From Thermodesulfobacteriota bacterium (GTDB lineage: Bacteria > Desulfobacterota > Binatia > Binatales > Binataceae): a stretch of 64,000 nt of DNA. The stretch covers positions 389 through 64,388 of the forward strand of contig JBKPEA010000050.1 of assembly GCA_046728175.1 (NCBI GenBank). The letters run 5' to 3'. Position numbers and translations under genes: made by a program. The notes beneath the pieces were generated by a model. It was not told the DNA's origin. It saw only the letters and a list, made by a program, of their open reading frames with translations, and searched no databases. Positions 29,962 through 39,960 of this stretch are shown here, piece by piece (the first letter of the stretch is position 1; every line of letters starts with the position of its first letter).

Positions 29962-30234
29962 GTGAGCGTTGTGGAGGCGACGGTAGAGGTCAAAAATCGA
30001 CTGGGGCTCCATCTTCGTGCCGCATCGACGGTGGCGCAGGCCGCCGGCCGCTTTTCTTCCAAGATCACGATCGCGCGTGGCAAGAACCAGGTCAGTGCCA
30101 AAAGTGTGACCGGCTTGATGATGCTTGGTGCGGAGAAGGGCGTGAAGGTAAAAATTCGCGCAGACGGTGAAGATGCTCGCGATGCGCTGAGGACGGTCGA
30201 AACGCTATTCGAAGAGGGTTTTGGCGAGGAGTGA
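29962..30234 (+). CDS. ptsH: HPr family phosphocarrier protein
   Basis: NRLGLHLRAA and AKSVTGLMML motifs. Confidence 0.93.
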   Translation: MSVVEATVEVKNRLGLHLRAASTVAQAAGRFSSKITIARGKNQVSAKSVTGLMMLGAEKGVKVKIRADGEDARDALRTVETLFEEGFGEE

Positions 30235-30411
30235 CGCTGACAAGAGAGATTGCTCATTCAGCCGAGAACATTGCTTATTTTCTTTGCAGGATGGTTGGGT
30301 CGAAGCTTGGTCCGCAATCGGGAGTTCGGCCGCCGCACGAGGTTTGTGGCATCGCACCTTGATTCGACCTGACCGGTCGGTTATTAGATCGGCAACCAAA
30401 ACTCAGACTCG

Positions 30412-30483
30412 AATCCGCAGAAATTGCCAGACTTCACAGGGTCTTCCGTTCTGATCGTCGCGCATCTGCGAAATCCGCGGATT
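30412..30483. repeat. REP-like imperfect palindrome upstream of metK
   Basis: AATCCGCAG...ATCTGCGAAATCCGCGGATT; related motifs at 21-38, 12043-12077 and 12930-12991. Confidence 0.5.
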
Positions 30484-30514
30484 TCCGTTATGCCGTTTCA
30501 AGGAGCGATCGCGC

Positions 30515-31678
30515 ATGCCGCTTAAGGACTTCCTTTTTACTTCGGAGTCAGTCTCCGAAGGTCACCCCGATAAGATGTGCGACCAGATTTCCGACGCCGT
30601 GCTCGATGCGCTGCTAAGGGAGGACCCGGGATCGCGTGTCGCGCTCGAGTCACTGGCCAAGACCGGGCTCATCGTGCTGGCCGGGGAAATCACCAGCACG
30701 GCACACCCTGACTTCGTGAAACTGGCGCGGGATGTCGCGCTGGAGATCGGTTACGACTGCGCCGCCAGCGGGTTCGATGGACACACCTGCGCGGTGCTGA
30801 CCGCGATCGAGCCGCAGTCCGCCGATATCTCGCAAGGGGTCACCGAGGGCAAAAGCAAGGAACAGGGCGCCGGCGACCAGGGGCTGATGTTTGGTTTTGC
30901 CTGCGATGAGACAGATGAGCTTATGCCGCTGCCGATCGCGATGGCGCATCGGCTGATGGAAAATCTGGCAAGCATGCGCAAGCAGAAAAAGGTTGATTGG
31001 CTGCGCCCCGACTCCAAGAGCCAGGTCACGGTGCGCTACGCGGATGGCAAGCCGGCGGAAATCACCGCGATCGTAATCTCAACCCAGCACACTCCCGAAG
31101 TGAAGCAGGAAACCATCCGCGAGTGCATGATCGAGGAACTCATCAAGAACACCATTCCCTCCAAATATCTGACCCGCTCGACGGTCTACCACGTAAACCC
31201 GACCGGCCGTTTCGAAATCGGCGGACCGCATGGCGATTGCGGTCTGACCGGTCGCAAAATCATCGTCGATACCTACGGCGGATATGGACGCCATGGCGGG
31301 GGCGCTTTCTCGGGCAAGGATCCGAGCAAGGTCGATCGCTCCGCGTGCTACATGGCGCGCTATGTCGCCAAGAACGTGGTTGCCGCCGGCCTGGCCAAGA
31401 AGTGCGAGATCCAGGTCGCGTACGCAATCGGGGTTGCGGAGCCGGTCTCGCTGCTGGTCGATACCTTCGACACCGGCGTCGTGCCGGACGCGAAACTCTC
31501 TTCCCAGCTGCGCGAACTTTTTGACTTTCGCCCCGCCGGAATTATCCGAAAGCTTGACTTGAAACGGCCCATCTACCAGAAGACCGCCGCTTACGGGCAT
31601 TTCGGTCGTACGCCCCACGACGGGTGGTTTCCGTGGGAGCGCACCGACATGAAGGAAAAGCTGCGCAGCGCTTTCTAG
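30515..31678 (+). CDS. metK: S-adenosylmethionine synthetase
   Basis: [19 protein letters not shown] and GGGAFSGKD motifs. Confidence 0.98.
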   Translation: MPLKDFLFTSESVSEGHPDKMCDQISDAVLDALLREDPGSRVALESLAKTGLIVLAGEITSTAHPDFVKLARDVALEIGYDCAASGFDGHTCAVLTAIEPQSADISQGVTEGKSKEQGAGDQGLMFGFACDETDELMPLPIAMAHRLMENLASMRKQKKVDWLRPDSKSQVTVRYADGKPAEITAIVISTQHTPEVKQETIRECMIEELIKNTIPSKYLTRSTVYHVNPTGRFEIGGPHGDCGLTGRKIIVDTYGGYGRHGGGAFSGKDPSKVDRSACYMARYVAKNVVAAGLAKKCEIQVAYAIGVAEPVSLLVDTFDTGVVPDAKLSSQLRELFDFRPAGIIRKLDLKRPIYQKTAAYGHFGRTPHDGWFPWERTDMKEKLRSAF

Positions 31679-31736
31679 ACGTGCCAGCGCGAAGCTTCAG
31701 GCCACGTCTGCAGTAAACTCTGGAGAACCGACCCCA

Positions 31737-33056
31737 ATGCCATCGACTGCAACCAAAAGAAAACCCGCGTCTAAGGCCCGCCCCGCCGCGCTCGGCGTGC
31801 CGGAATACGACGTCCACGACCTCGGTCTGGCCGCGGCAGGCTTCAAACGAATCGAATGGGCCGAGCGCCAGATGCCGGTTCTGCGGCGTATCCGCGAGCG
31901 CTTTTCCAGGGAGCTCACGCTCAAGGGCCAGCGCCTCGGCGCGTGCCTGCACATCACCTGTGAAACCGCCAACCTGCTGCGCACCCTCAAGGCCGGCGGC
32001 GCGGCAGTATTCTGCTGTGCGTCGAACCCGCTCTCGACCCAGGACGATGTTGCCGCAGCGCTGGTTAAGGAATACGACATTCCGACCTACGCCATTCACA
32101 ACGAAGATCGCGACACCTACTACAGTCACCTCCGCGCAGTACTCGAGCGCCGGCCAACCATCACGATGGATGACGGCGCTGACCTCGTGAGCCTGCTGCA
32201 TACCGAATACAAGGATCGCGCCGAGGAAGTGCGGGCGAGCATGGAGGAGACCACGACCGGGGTTATCCGGCTGCGCGCGATGGAAAAAGACCGGGCCCTG
32301 CGCATTCCGGTGGTCGCGGTCAACGATGCACAGACCAAGCACATGTTCGACAATCGCTATGGCACCGGCCAATCAACCCTCGACGGCATCATCCGCGCCA
32401 GCGGACTGCTCATCGCCGGATCGGTGGTCGTAGTGGGCGGCTATGGGTGGTGCGGCAGAGGAATCGCCACGCGCGCCCGCGGACTGGGGGCCGACGTAAT
32501 CGTCACCGAGGTCGATCCGGTGCGCGCGCTCGAAGCGGCGATGGACGGCTTGCGCGTCATGAAGATGGCCGACGCGGCCAGGGTTGGGGATATCTTTATC
32601 ACCGCCACCGGTGACAAGCACGTGCTGACCTCACAGCACTTCAACCTGATGAAGGACGGTGCGACGCTCTGCAATTCCGGCCACTTCGATGTGGAGATCG
32701 ATATGGCCTATCTGAACGACACCGCCAAGAAAATCGAGCACGAGATTACCGAGAACGTTGATGCCTACCATCTCGCGAACGGGCGTGTGCTCTACGTGCT
32801 CGGACAGGGGCGGCTGGTAAACCTGGCCTGCGCCGAGGGGCATCCCGCGCAGGTGATGGATATGAGCTTCGCTACGCAGGCGCTGGCATCGGAGTGGGCC
32901 GCCAAGAGCGACGGACTTGCAATCAAGGTCCATGACGTGCCGATCGAGATCGAAGACGAAGTCGCCGGGGTGAAGTTGGCCTCCATGGGTATCAAGATCG
33001 ATACGCTCACCGCCGAACAGAAGAAGTACCTGGAAAGCTGGGACAGCGGCACGTAA
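31737..33056 (+). CDS. ahcY: Adenosylhomocysteinase
   Basis: SNPLSTQD, EETTTG, FDNRYGTGQS and GHPAQVMDMSF motifs. Confidence 0.97.
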   Translation: MPSTATKRKPASKARPAALGVPEYDVHDLGLAAAGFKRIEWAERQMPVLRRIRERFSRELTLKGQRLGACLHITCETANLLRTLKAGGAAVFCCASNPLSTQDDVAAALVKEYDIPTYAIHNEDRDTYYSHLRAVLERRPTITMDDGADLVSLLHTEYKDRAEEVRASMEETTTGVIRLRAMEKDRALRIPVVAVNDAQTKHMFDNRYGTGQSTLDGIIRASGLLIAGSVVVVGGYGWCGRGIATRARGLGADVIVTEVDPVRALEAAMDGLRVMKMADAARVGDIFITATGDKHVLTSQHFNLMKDGATLCNSGHFDVEIDMAYLNDTAKKIEHEITENVDAYHLANGRVLYVLGQGRLVNLACAEGHPAQVMDMSFATQALASEWAAKSDGLAIKVHDVPIEIEDEVAGVKLASMGIKIDTLTAEQKKYLESWDSGT

Positions 33057-33140
33057 AAGCTGAGAATCCGCGGCTGGCGCGGCCAGAGAGAGCGGGGGCA
33101 ACTCCGCTGACCTTGAAGCCACCGCGGAGCCCACTGCCCA

Positions 33141-33887
33141 TCAGGCAATGGATTCGTTGGTCTCTGAGACTTCGATCTTCACGGCGGACCGCCGCCGCCA
33201 CAACTCGCCGCATCCCACCGAAGTCGCGATCAGCAGCAGCGCAAGGAAGAAGCGCGGCGAGAGCGGATGCCAGAGCGCATCGCCCAGAAACGCGAACAGG
33301 ATGGTCCCCGGAATCATCCCGATCACGCTGGCCCACAGGTAGTCTCGAAAAGCTATCCGCGAGGCGCCCGCGATCAGATTGAGCGCGTTGTACGGGATCA
33401 CCGGGACCATACGAAGGTAGAGGATGATGTGAAAGCCATGCCGGGCGATTCGTCCGAGCATCGCGTCAAACCGTTTTCCCACCACGCTCTCGACGAATCC
33501 CCGTCCGAGAAAGCGTCCTGCTCCGAACGCCACTACGGCGCCGACATTGGCCCCGATCAGCGAATAGACCGATCCCCACAGCGTACCGAACGCAAGTCCC
33601 CCCGCGACCGTCATCACCGCGCCCGGCACCAGGAAGGAGGGACCCACGGCGTAGAGCATCATGTACACCAGTGGCCCCCACACGCCCCACGCCAAGACCT
33701 CGAGTTTGACCTGCCTCGGATCCTCGAACCATTCGCGATGCGCGAGCAACAGCCACAGCGAACCCGCGGCGATGATCGCCACGATCCCGACCTTGAGAAC
33801 GTTCAGCCACGGCCGGCTTCCACCGGCGGGATTCTCGCGGGATTCCTTCAACGTAGGTGCGGCTGCCATCGGAACGAACTCGCTCAT
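33141..33887 (-). CDS. TVP38/TMEM64 (DedA-like VTT domain) membrane protein
   Basis: PGAVMTVAGGLAFG and LRMVPVIPYNALN motifs; start uncertain (33887 or 33869). Confidence 0.88.
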   Translation of the reverse strand: MSEFVPMAAAPTLKESRENPAGGSRPWLNVLKVGIVAIIAAGSLWLLLAHREWFEDPRQVKLEVLAWGVWGPLVYMMLYAVGPSFLVPGAVMTVAGGLAFGTLWGSVYSLIGANVGAVVAFGAGRFLGRGFVESVVGKRFDAMLGRIARHGFHIILYLRMVPVIPYNALNLIAGASRIAFRDYLWASVIGMIPGTILFAFLGDALWHPLSPRFFLALLLIATSVGCGELWRRRSAVKIEVSETNESIA

Positions 33888-34029
33888 GATATGGGGGGAC
33901 GGCGTAACGAGACAAGCTGGGGCAAGACCGCTCACGGAAAATTGATCTGGGTTTGTGGCGGGCAGGAGATGCGATTACAGTCTCGATGATTAGGCGCTTA
34001 CGCGGCGCCGTTTAACGGAGTCTTCGCGG

Positions 34030-34812
34030 ATGAACGAGTTGCAGGACAAGGTTGCTATCGTCACCGGCGGCGGTTACGGCATCGGCAGGGAAATCGCGCT
34101 TGCCTACGGACGCGCCGGGGCTAAGGTGGTGGTCGCGGCCCGCACCGAGAAGCCGCTTAAGGAAACCGTCGGCGCGTTGAACCAGCTCGGTGCCACCAGC
34201 ACTTTTGTTCGAACCGACGTGTCGAAGGAAGCCGATTGCGCGGGGATGGCCGAGCTGACGCTGAAGGCCTTCGGCCGCATCGATATTCTGGTGAACAACG
34301 CGGGCATCGCCGGCCCGACCAAGCGCATTCCGGATATGTCGCTGGCGGAATGGCAGGAAACCATCGATATCAACCTGACCGGCGCGTGGCTCGCGGCGCG
34401 CGCAGTGCTTCCGACCATGGATAAGCAACGCTCGGGTCACATCCTGAACATTTCGTCGGGAGCGGGACGCCGCGGCTACCCGATGCGTTCGCCGTACGCC
34501 GCATCGAAGTGGGCGATGCTCGGGCTTACCCAGACCATCGCCGGTGAGTGGGGCGCGCGCGGAATCCGCTGCAACTGCATTTGCCCGGGGCCGATCGCGG
34601 GCGATCGTATCGAACGCGTGATGCATGCGCGGGCCCAGGCGATGAAGCTCCCCTACGAGCAGATTCGTGCGCAGTTCCTCTCGCAGTCGGCGCTGAACCG
34701 GATGGCGACCGAAGAGGAATGCGCCCGCGTGGCACTGTTCCTGGTCAGCGACGCATCGGCAGGGCTGACGGGCCAGACCGTGAACGTGGACGCCGGCTCC
34801 ATCATGAGCTGA
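34030..34812 (+). CDS. SDR oxidoreductase
   Basis: TGGGYGIG, NNAGIAGP and YAASKWA motifs. Confidence 0.92.
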   Translation: MNELQDKVAIVTGGGYGIGREIALAYGRAGAKVVVAARTEKPLKETVGALNQLGATSTFVRTDVSKEADCAGMAELTLKAFGRIDILVNNAGIAGPTKRIPDMSLAEWQETIDINLTGAWLAARAVLPTMDKQRSGHILNISSGAGRRGYPMRSPYAASKWAMLGLTQTIAGEWGARGIRCNCICPGPIAGDRIERVMHARAQAMKLPYEQIRAQFLSQSALNRMATEEECARVALFLVSDASAGLTGQTVNVDAGSIMS

Positions 34813-34867
34813 TTTGCGCGGCGGGCGGGGCCAAGGACGCACGCACTCGCGGATTCCTGCCCGCCTG

Positions 34868-35755
34868 CTATTTCTTGATGTGGTGGTCGCGGACTGTCGA
34901 CTCGAACCCGAGCTTGAGCAGCCGCTCGGCGAGTTCCCGCGCCAGCACCGGCGAGCGATGCCGTCCCCCGGTGCAGCCCAGGCCAATCATCAGGTAGCTC
35001 TTGCCCTCGCGTCGATAGAGCGGCAGCAGAAATTGGAGGAGCCCTACCACTTCATCGAGAAAGCGGCGCGCCTCCGGCTCGGCCATGACGAAGTCGTGCA
35101 CCCGGATGTCGTGTCCATCCAGGTGCTTGAGCTTCGCCACAAAAAACGGATTGGGCAGGAACCGGACGTCGAGCACGATATCCATCCCGACCGGAACGCC
35201 GTATTTGTATCCAAACGATGCGATCGAAATCGCCATTCGCGAGCCGGTTGACGCGTTCAAAACCGCGGCGGTAACCACCTCGCGCAATTCGTGAATCGTC
35301 AGGGTCGTAGTATCGATGATGCGATTGGCGCGGTCGTGCAGTTCGGCGAGCGCGATGCGTTCGCTGTGAATTCCCTCGGCCACCGTGAGGCCACCCTCGG
35401 CCATCGGGTGCGGGCGGCGGGTCTCGGAATAGCGCCGCGCCAGCACTTCATCGGACGCATCCAGAAAGATTACTTCCGGGTATATGGCATTGCGCTCGAG
35501 TTCGGCGAAAATCCGCGGCCATTGCGGAAAGAACATCCGTTCACGCGGGTCGATGCCCAGCGCCACACCGGACAGCGTCGGGTCGCGCCCCTCGGTGAGG
35601 CGCATGACCTCCAACGCCAGCCCAACCGGCAGGTTATCGATGCAGTAGAAGCCCAGGTCTTCGAGCACGCGCAGCGCCGAGGCGCGACCCGAACCTGACA
35701 CTCCCGTTACGATGATGAGCCGGGAGCTGTTCGAAGAAGCCGGAGCCATCGGCAT
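34868..35755 (-). CDS. rapZ: RNase adapter RapZ
   Basis: TGVSGSG, DNLP, RRPHP, SFGYKYG, DVRFLPNP and GCTGGRHRS motifs. Confidence 0.96.
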   Translation of the reverse strand: MPMAPASSNSSRLIIVTGVSGSGRASALRVLEDLGFYCIDNLPVGLALEVMRLTEGRDPTLSGVALGIDPRERMFFPQWPRIFAELERNAIYPEVIFLDASDEVLARRYSETRRPHPMAEGGLTVAEGIHSERIALAELHDRANRIIDTTTLTIHELREVVTAAVLNASTGSRMAISIASFGYKYGVPVGMDIVLDVRFLPNPFFVAKLKHLDGHDIRVHDFVMAEPEARRFLDEVVGLLQFLLPLYRREGKSYLMIGLGCTGGRHRSPVLARELAERLLKLGFESTVRDHHIKK

Positions 35756-35788
35756 TTCCCGCAGAGCGCGGCAGGCCGTACTAGGCGC

Positions 35789-36250
35789 TCAATACTTGCT
35801 GTCCTCTTCCTTGATGAGCCGGTAGATTTCGGCCGAATCGGCGGCCTCGATGAGGCGCGCCCGGAAGCCGTCGTCCTTGAGCAGCCGGGAAACTCGCGCA
35901 AGCGCTTTCAGATGCAGGCTGGCGGAATCCTCGGGCGCGACCAGGACGAAGAAAATATGGGTCGGATTGCCGTCCAGCGATTCGAAATCCACGCCCGCGC
36001 GATGGCGCCCGAAAGCGCCGATGATCTTGTTGGCGCCGCGCAGCTTGCCGTGCGGGATCGCGATCCCGTCGCCGATCGCGGTCGAGCCGAGCCGTTCGCG
36101 CTCGCTCAGTACCGCGGTCAGGTCCTCGAGCCTGATGCCTGGGTATTTGGCCGCCAGTCCCTGAGCGAGTTCCTTGAGCACTTGGTCCTTGGAGCTTCCC
36201 TTCAAATCGGGGAGGACCATTTCCGGAGCGAGGATTTCGGTTACTTTCAT
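35789..36250 (-). CDS. ptsN: PTS IIA-Ntr-like protein
   Basis: RERLGSTAIGDGIAIPH and HLKALA motifs; rpoN operon context. Confidence 0.92.
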   Translation of the reverse strand: MKVTEILAPEMVLPDLKGSSKDQVLKELAQGLAAKYPGIRLEDLTAVLSERERLGSTAIGDGIAIPHGKLRGANKIIGAFGRHRAGVDFESLDGNPTHIFFVLVAPEDSASLHLKALARVSRLLKDDGFRARLIEAADSAEIYRLIKEEDSKY

Positions 36251-36290
36251 CGGATGATGCTTTTTAAGTGGGCCGGTAGCTGCCTCACGC

Positions 36291-36704
36291 CTAGCTCTCC
36301 TCTACTTCGCTGAGAATCTCGCCGGCGGAAAGGGTGCGCACCTTGTTGGTCGCTATTTTCTCCAGATGCCGAGTAAGCTGGCGGACAACTTTATCCTCGA
36401 GCAGATCGATGACCGAATAAAGATCTCTCGACTCCTGCTCCGCAGTCGCCGACAATCGGCCCGATTTGACAGTAACTTCGCCGTGCTGCCGGTATTTGTC
36501 AACCGAGAGGATTACGTGGGCTTCACATGTGCGTTTGAGGAACTTCCCCAAATGCGCGAATTTCCGTTCCGCATAGCCACGCACCGCGTTGCTCGGGGCG
36601 ACGTTGCGAAAAGTGACGGTCACCATGGTGGCGACCGGGCCACGCGCGGCACGCCGCTGCTTGCGCATGGCCTTTCTGCGCTTCCCTTCGACCTTGTTCT
36701 TCAT
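36291..36704 (-). CDS. hpf: Ribosome hibernation promoting factor (RaiA/HPF)
   Basis: VTFRN..YAERK..DLYSVID..RQL; directly downstream of rpoN. Confidence 0.85.
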   Translation of the reverse strand: MKNKVEGKRRKAMRKQRRAARGPVATMVTVTFRNVAPSNAVRGYAERKFAHLGKFLKRTCEAHVILSVDKYRQHGEVTVKSGRLSATAEQESRDLYSVIDLLEDKVVRQLTRHLEKIATNKVRTLSAGEILSEVEES

Positions 36705-36731
36705 TGGATTTCGCCTTTCGGCCGGTAATCT

Positions 36732-38303
36732 TCATCCGACCTGCTTGCGATTGGCCGACGGCAGGATTCCGAGCGCCTGGCGATACTTGGCGACCGTCCG
36801 GCGCGCGATATTGATTTGCTTCGCTCGCAGCATCTCCGCGATCGCCTGGTCTGACAGGGGGCTACCCGGTTCCTCCGCCGCCACCAGCGTGCGAATTTGC
36901 TCCTTCACCGTCTCCGCGCTGACATCTTCGCCGGTCGCTGCCTTGACGCCGGAGGTGAAAAAGAATTTCAGCTCGAAGATTCCCTGCGGGGTATGCGCGT
37001 ACTTGTTGGCGGTGGCCCGGCTGATCGTGGATTCATGCATCCCGATGTCTTCCGCCACATCCTTGAGCACCAGCGGCTTCAACTGACTGATGCCATGGTC
37101 GAAGAAGGCCCGCTGAAACTTGACGATCGAATTGGCTACTTTGAAGATCGTCTGCTGGCGCTGGTAGATGGACTTCACCAGCCATTTTGCCGAGCGCAGC
37201 CGCTCCTGCAGATACTCGCGGGTCTCCGGCGCCGAGTTGCTGTCGTTCATCACGCGCTGGTAGTAGCCTGCGATCCTGAGACGCGGCACCGCATCGCGAT
37301 TGAGGGTCACGATGTACTCGTTCCCGATCTTATGAATGTAGACGTCGGGTACGACGTAGGTGGGCTCCTCGCCGCCGTAGTCGCGTCCCGGCTTGGGCTC
37401 CAACATCGCGATGATCTTGTGCGCCTGTCCCACCATCTCCACGGTGACGCCGAATTGTTTGGAGATTTCGCTGTAACGATGCTTCTCCAGAAGGTCTAGG
37501 CGCTCGCGGACGATCCGCGCTGCGAGCGATCCTTCCATTCCCAGGTTCTCGAGCTGCAGGAGCAGGCATTCGCGCAGATCGCGCGCCGCACAGCCAGGCG
37601 GGTCGAAGCGCTGTACCCGCTTGAGCACACGCTCTGCCTCGCCCGCTGTGGTCTCGAGCTGTTGCGCCAACTCGTCCAGCGGTGTCTCGAGATAGCCGTC
37701 GTCGTTGAGATTGTAGATGATGGTTGCGGCGATTCTCTGGTCCGCCTCGCTTAGGCTGGTAAGCCCGAGCTGCCACATAAGATAGTCTTCGAGCGTGCGG
37801 CGACGGATCGAGGTATTTTCGAGCGCGCTGCGATGGTCGTCCTCGGAATCCGACGGCGTGCTTTCCTGCCAGTTATTCGGGTAGGTCTCCCAGTAGTCAC
37901 GCCAGTCCAGTTTGTCGAGTCCATCCAGTTCCTTCAGTTCTATGGCGGCGTCGTGAGCCTCGGTCTCGAGGGTTTTGAGCGGTCCCTCGGGGGCACCGTC
38001 GCCAGGTTCCCAATCGTCGACCGGCTCGTCGGGCGGCGTGGCCTCGGGCTCGGCCCCCAGCCGCTCGTCTTCCGCCGCGGCGACCACTCCGTCTCCAGCG
38101 GGAGCTTCGGCCTCGCGCGCAGCCTCAGCCGGGCTCTGGTCGAGCGGTTCGAGCATCGGATTCTGCTCGAGCTCCGTTTGCACGACGGTTTCCAGTTCTG
38201 GCAGCGAAAGTTGAAGAATCTTGATCGCCTGTTGCAACTGGGGTGTCATCACCAGTTGCTGGCGGAGTCGCAAATCCTGTCCGAGTTTTACCTCTAACGC
38301 CAT
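36732..38303 (-). CDS. rpoN: RNA polymerase sigma-54 factor
   Basis: MTPQLQQAIKILQL, HESTISR and RpoN box ARRTVAKYR. Confidence 0.98.
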   Translation of the reverse strand: MALEVKLGQDLRLRQQLVMTPQLQQAIKILQLSLPELETVVQTELEQNPMLEPLDQSPAEAAREAEAPAGDGVVAAAEDERLGAEPEATPPDEPVDDWEPGDGAPEGPLKTLETEAHDAAIELKELDGLDKLDWRDYWETYPNNWQESTPSDSEDDHRSALENTSIRRRTLEDYLMWQLGLTSLSEADQRIAATIIYNLNDDGYLETPLDELAQQLETTAGEAERVLKRVQRFDPPGCAARDLRECLLLQLENLGMEGSLAARIVRERLDLLEKHRYSEISKQFGVTVEMVGQAHKIIAMLEPKPGRDYGGEEPTYVVPDVYIHKIGNEYIVTLNRDAVPRLRIAGYYQRVMNDSNSAPETREYLQERLRSAKWLVKSIYQRQQTIFKVANSIVKFQRAFFDHGISQLKPLVLKDVAEDIGMHESTISRATANKYAHTPQGIFELKFFFTSGVKAATGEDVSAETVKEQIRTLVAAEEPGSPLSDQAIAEMLRAKQINIARRTVAKYRQALGILPSANRKQVG

Positions 38304-38316
38304 CTAACCTGTCGCC

Positions 38317-39960
38317 TCAGGGGTTGTTGGGTTCGGTCGGGCTCCCCTGAATTGCCGGAGGCACCTGCGGCGGCCGATCGGGCGTTTGCAAGGCCGCGGA
38401 AGTGCCGCGCGAGGTGGTCGCTGCCCCATCGACCGAGGGCTTGGATTCCTTGGGGTAGATCACGGCGCGCGCGTTCTCCACGTCGCTCTGGTTGGTGTCG
38501 AGGTGCACCGTAATCTTGGTGCCGGCGATCTGATCTTCGCCGTCATGCACCACCGGAGAGCCAGTCAGGGTCACGGTATGCCGGGTCTGGTCCAGTATCG
38601 CATGATCGCCGGTCGCCCAGCGCGTGCCCTGACTTATACGCACGTTGCCGTCGGCGATCATTTCTCTGACGTCACGTAGATCCTGTCCGTAATTCACCCG
38701 CAAAGTGTCGCTGGCGACCTGGCTGTTTCCATTGTTCACGTGAACCCGCCCAGACCACAGCACGGACTTTTTGTTTTGGTCGACCGACATGGAGTTCCCG
38801 GTGATATGGATGGGTTCCTTGCCGCTGGAAAACTGCATTCCCGGGAACGCTCCCTGGTTGGGCTCGTTGGATGCCATCGTGCTCGGTTCTTTGCCGTGGG
38901 GTTTGGGCCGATCTTTCCCGGCTGACGCCTTGGTAGTCTCACCCGCCATTTCGACGGGAGCGGATCTTTCAGGGGCTGCTGCGACCGGAGCCGTTGCAGG
39001 CGTCGCCGTTTCCGCGGCGGCAACCGGCATTACCGGCCCGCCAGCCGCCGTCGCGACCGCGACAGGCGTAGCCGGCGCTGGAGCGGTTGCAACCGCGGGA
39101 GCCGATGGCGAAGCAATTCCAGCAGGCGCTCCCGATTCCATCGGGAGCGGAGTTGGACTGCTCACGATCGGCGCCAGTGAAGGTTCCGCCGACGGCATTG
39201 GAAGCGAATTCGTGGTGCGTTCCACACGAACCTCTGATGCATGAGGAGCTTCCGCCGCGGGCGAAGCAATCACCGCCGGCGCTCCCGATTCCATCGGAAC
39301 CGGAGGTGGAGTGCTCACGATCGGCGCCGGTGAAGGTTCCGCCGACGGCATTGGAAGCGAATTGGTGGTGGGCTCCACACGAAACTCTGATGCATGAGGA
39401 GCTTCCGCCGCGGGCGAAGACGCGGCTTCCGGAGCCATGGGCGGAAGCGAGGCAGGAGGTGCAGTTGCTGTGACCGGCGGAGTTTCGGCCGGGAGGGACG
39501 GTGGCGACTGCGAAGTTGCTACCGGTGGCGATGCCGGAGGTGCGGCCGCGGTGACCGGCGCAGGTTCCACCGGGACCGCGGGTGCCGGCTGCGAAGTTGC
39601 CACCGGCGGGGCTGCTGGCGGTGGTACCGAAGCCGCTTCCGCTGATGGAGCGGGCTCGGTCGGCCCCGCTGCGCTCGCTCCAGTATCGCTTCCCGGACTT
39701 GCTGTCGCTCCAGGTACGCCGCCGTACACGTGAATGGAGTCTGGGCCCTGGTCGAAATCCTCGACCGCATTCCCTTCAGGTGCGGGCGGGCTGGCCGACG
39801 GGCCCGACCGAATCGAGGCTCCTGCATGGCCTGATGGCGCGAGCTCTTGTGCGCGCACCGCGCCCGGTACCGCCATCCCCAATGTCACCATCGCCGCGAT
39901 CAAAATGCTCTGGCATCGATGCGACGAGAGCGGGGCCTCAGCTTTGGTTGGCCTTGCCAC
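38317..39960 (-). CDS. lptA: LptA/OstA family protein with a long Pro/Ala-rich N-terminal region
   Basis: Signal peptide; C-terminal OstA domain (PIHITG, GNVRISQG, LTGSPVV); follows lptC. Confidence 0.82.
   Translation of the reverse strand: MARPTKAEAPLSSHRCQSILIAAMVTLGMAVPGAVRAQELAPSGHAGASIRSGPSASPPAPEGNAVEDFDQGPDSIHVYGGVPGATASPGSDTGASAAGPTEPAPSAEAASVPPPAAPPVATSQPAPAVPVEPAPVTAAAPPASPPVATSQSPPSLPAETPPVTATAPPASLPPMAPEAASSPAAEAPHASEFRVEPTTNSLPMPSAEPSPAPIVSTPPPVPMESGAPAVIASPAAEAPHASEVRVERTTNSLPMPSAEPSLAPIVSSPTPLPMESGAPAGIASPSAPAVATAPAPATPVAVATAAGGPVMPVAAAETATPATAPVAAAPERSAPVEMAGETTKASAGKDRPKPHGKEPSTMASNEPNQGAFPGMQFSSGKEPIHITGNSMSVDQNKKSVLWSGRVHVNNGNSQVASDTLRVNYGQDLRDVREMIADGNVRISQGTRWATGDHAILDQTRHTVTLTGSPVVHDGEDQIAGTKITVHLDTNQSDVENARAVIYPKESKPSVDGAATTSRGTSAALQTPDRPPQVPPAIQGSPTEPNNP
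39107..39419. repeat. 153-bp (51-aa) in-frame tandem repeat in lptA
   Basis: ctctgatgcatgaggagcttccgccgcgggcgaag at 39232 and 39385; an additional 81-bp unit at 39510/39591. Confidence 0.9.

Noticed and set aside
30235-30514. Possible SAM/SAH riboswitch upstream of metK-ahcY
   Set aside because: No SAM-I, SAM-II or SAH consensus recognisable; only a REP-like palindrome
39107-39620. Repeats as a possible CRISPR array
   Set aside because: In-frame coding tandem repeats with no spacers and no cas genes
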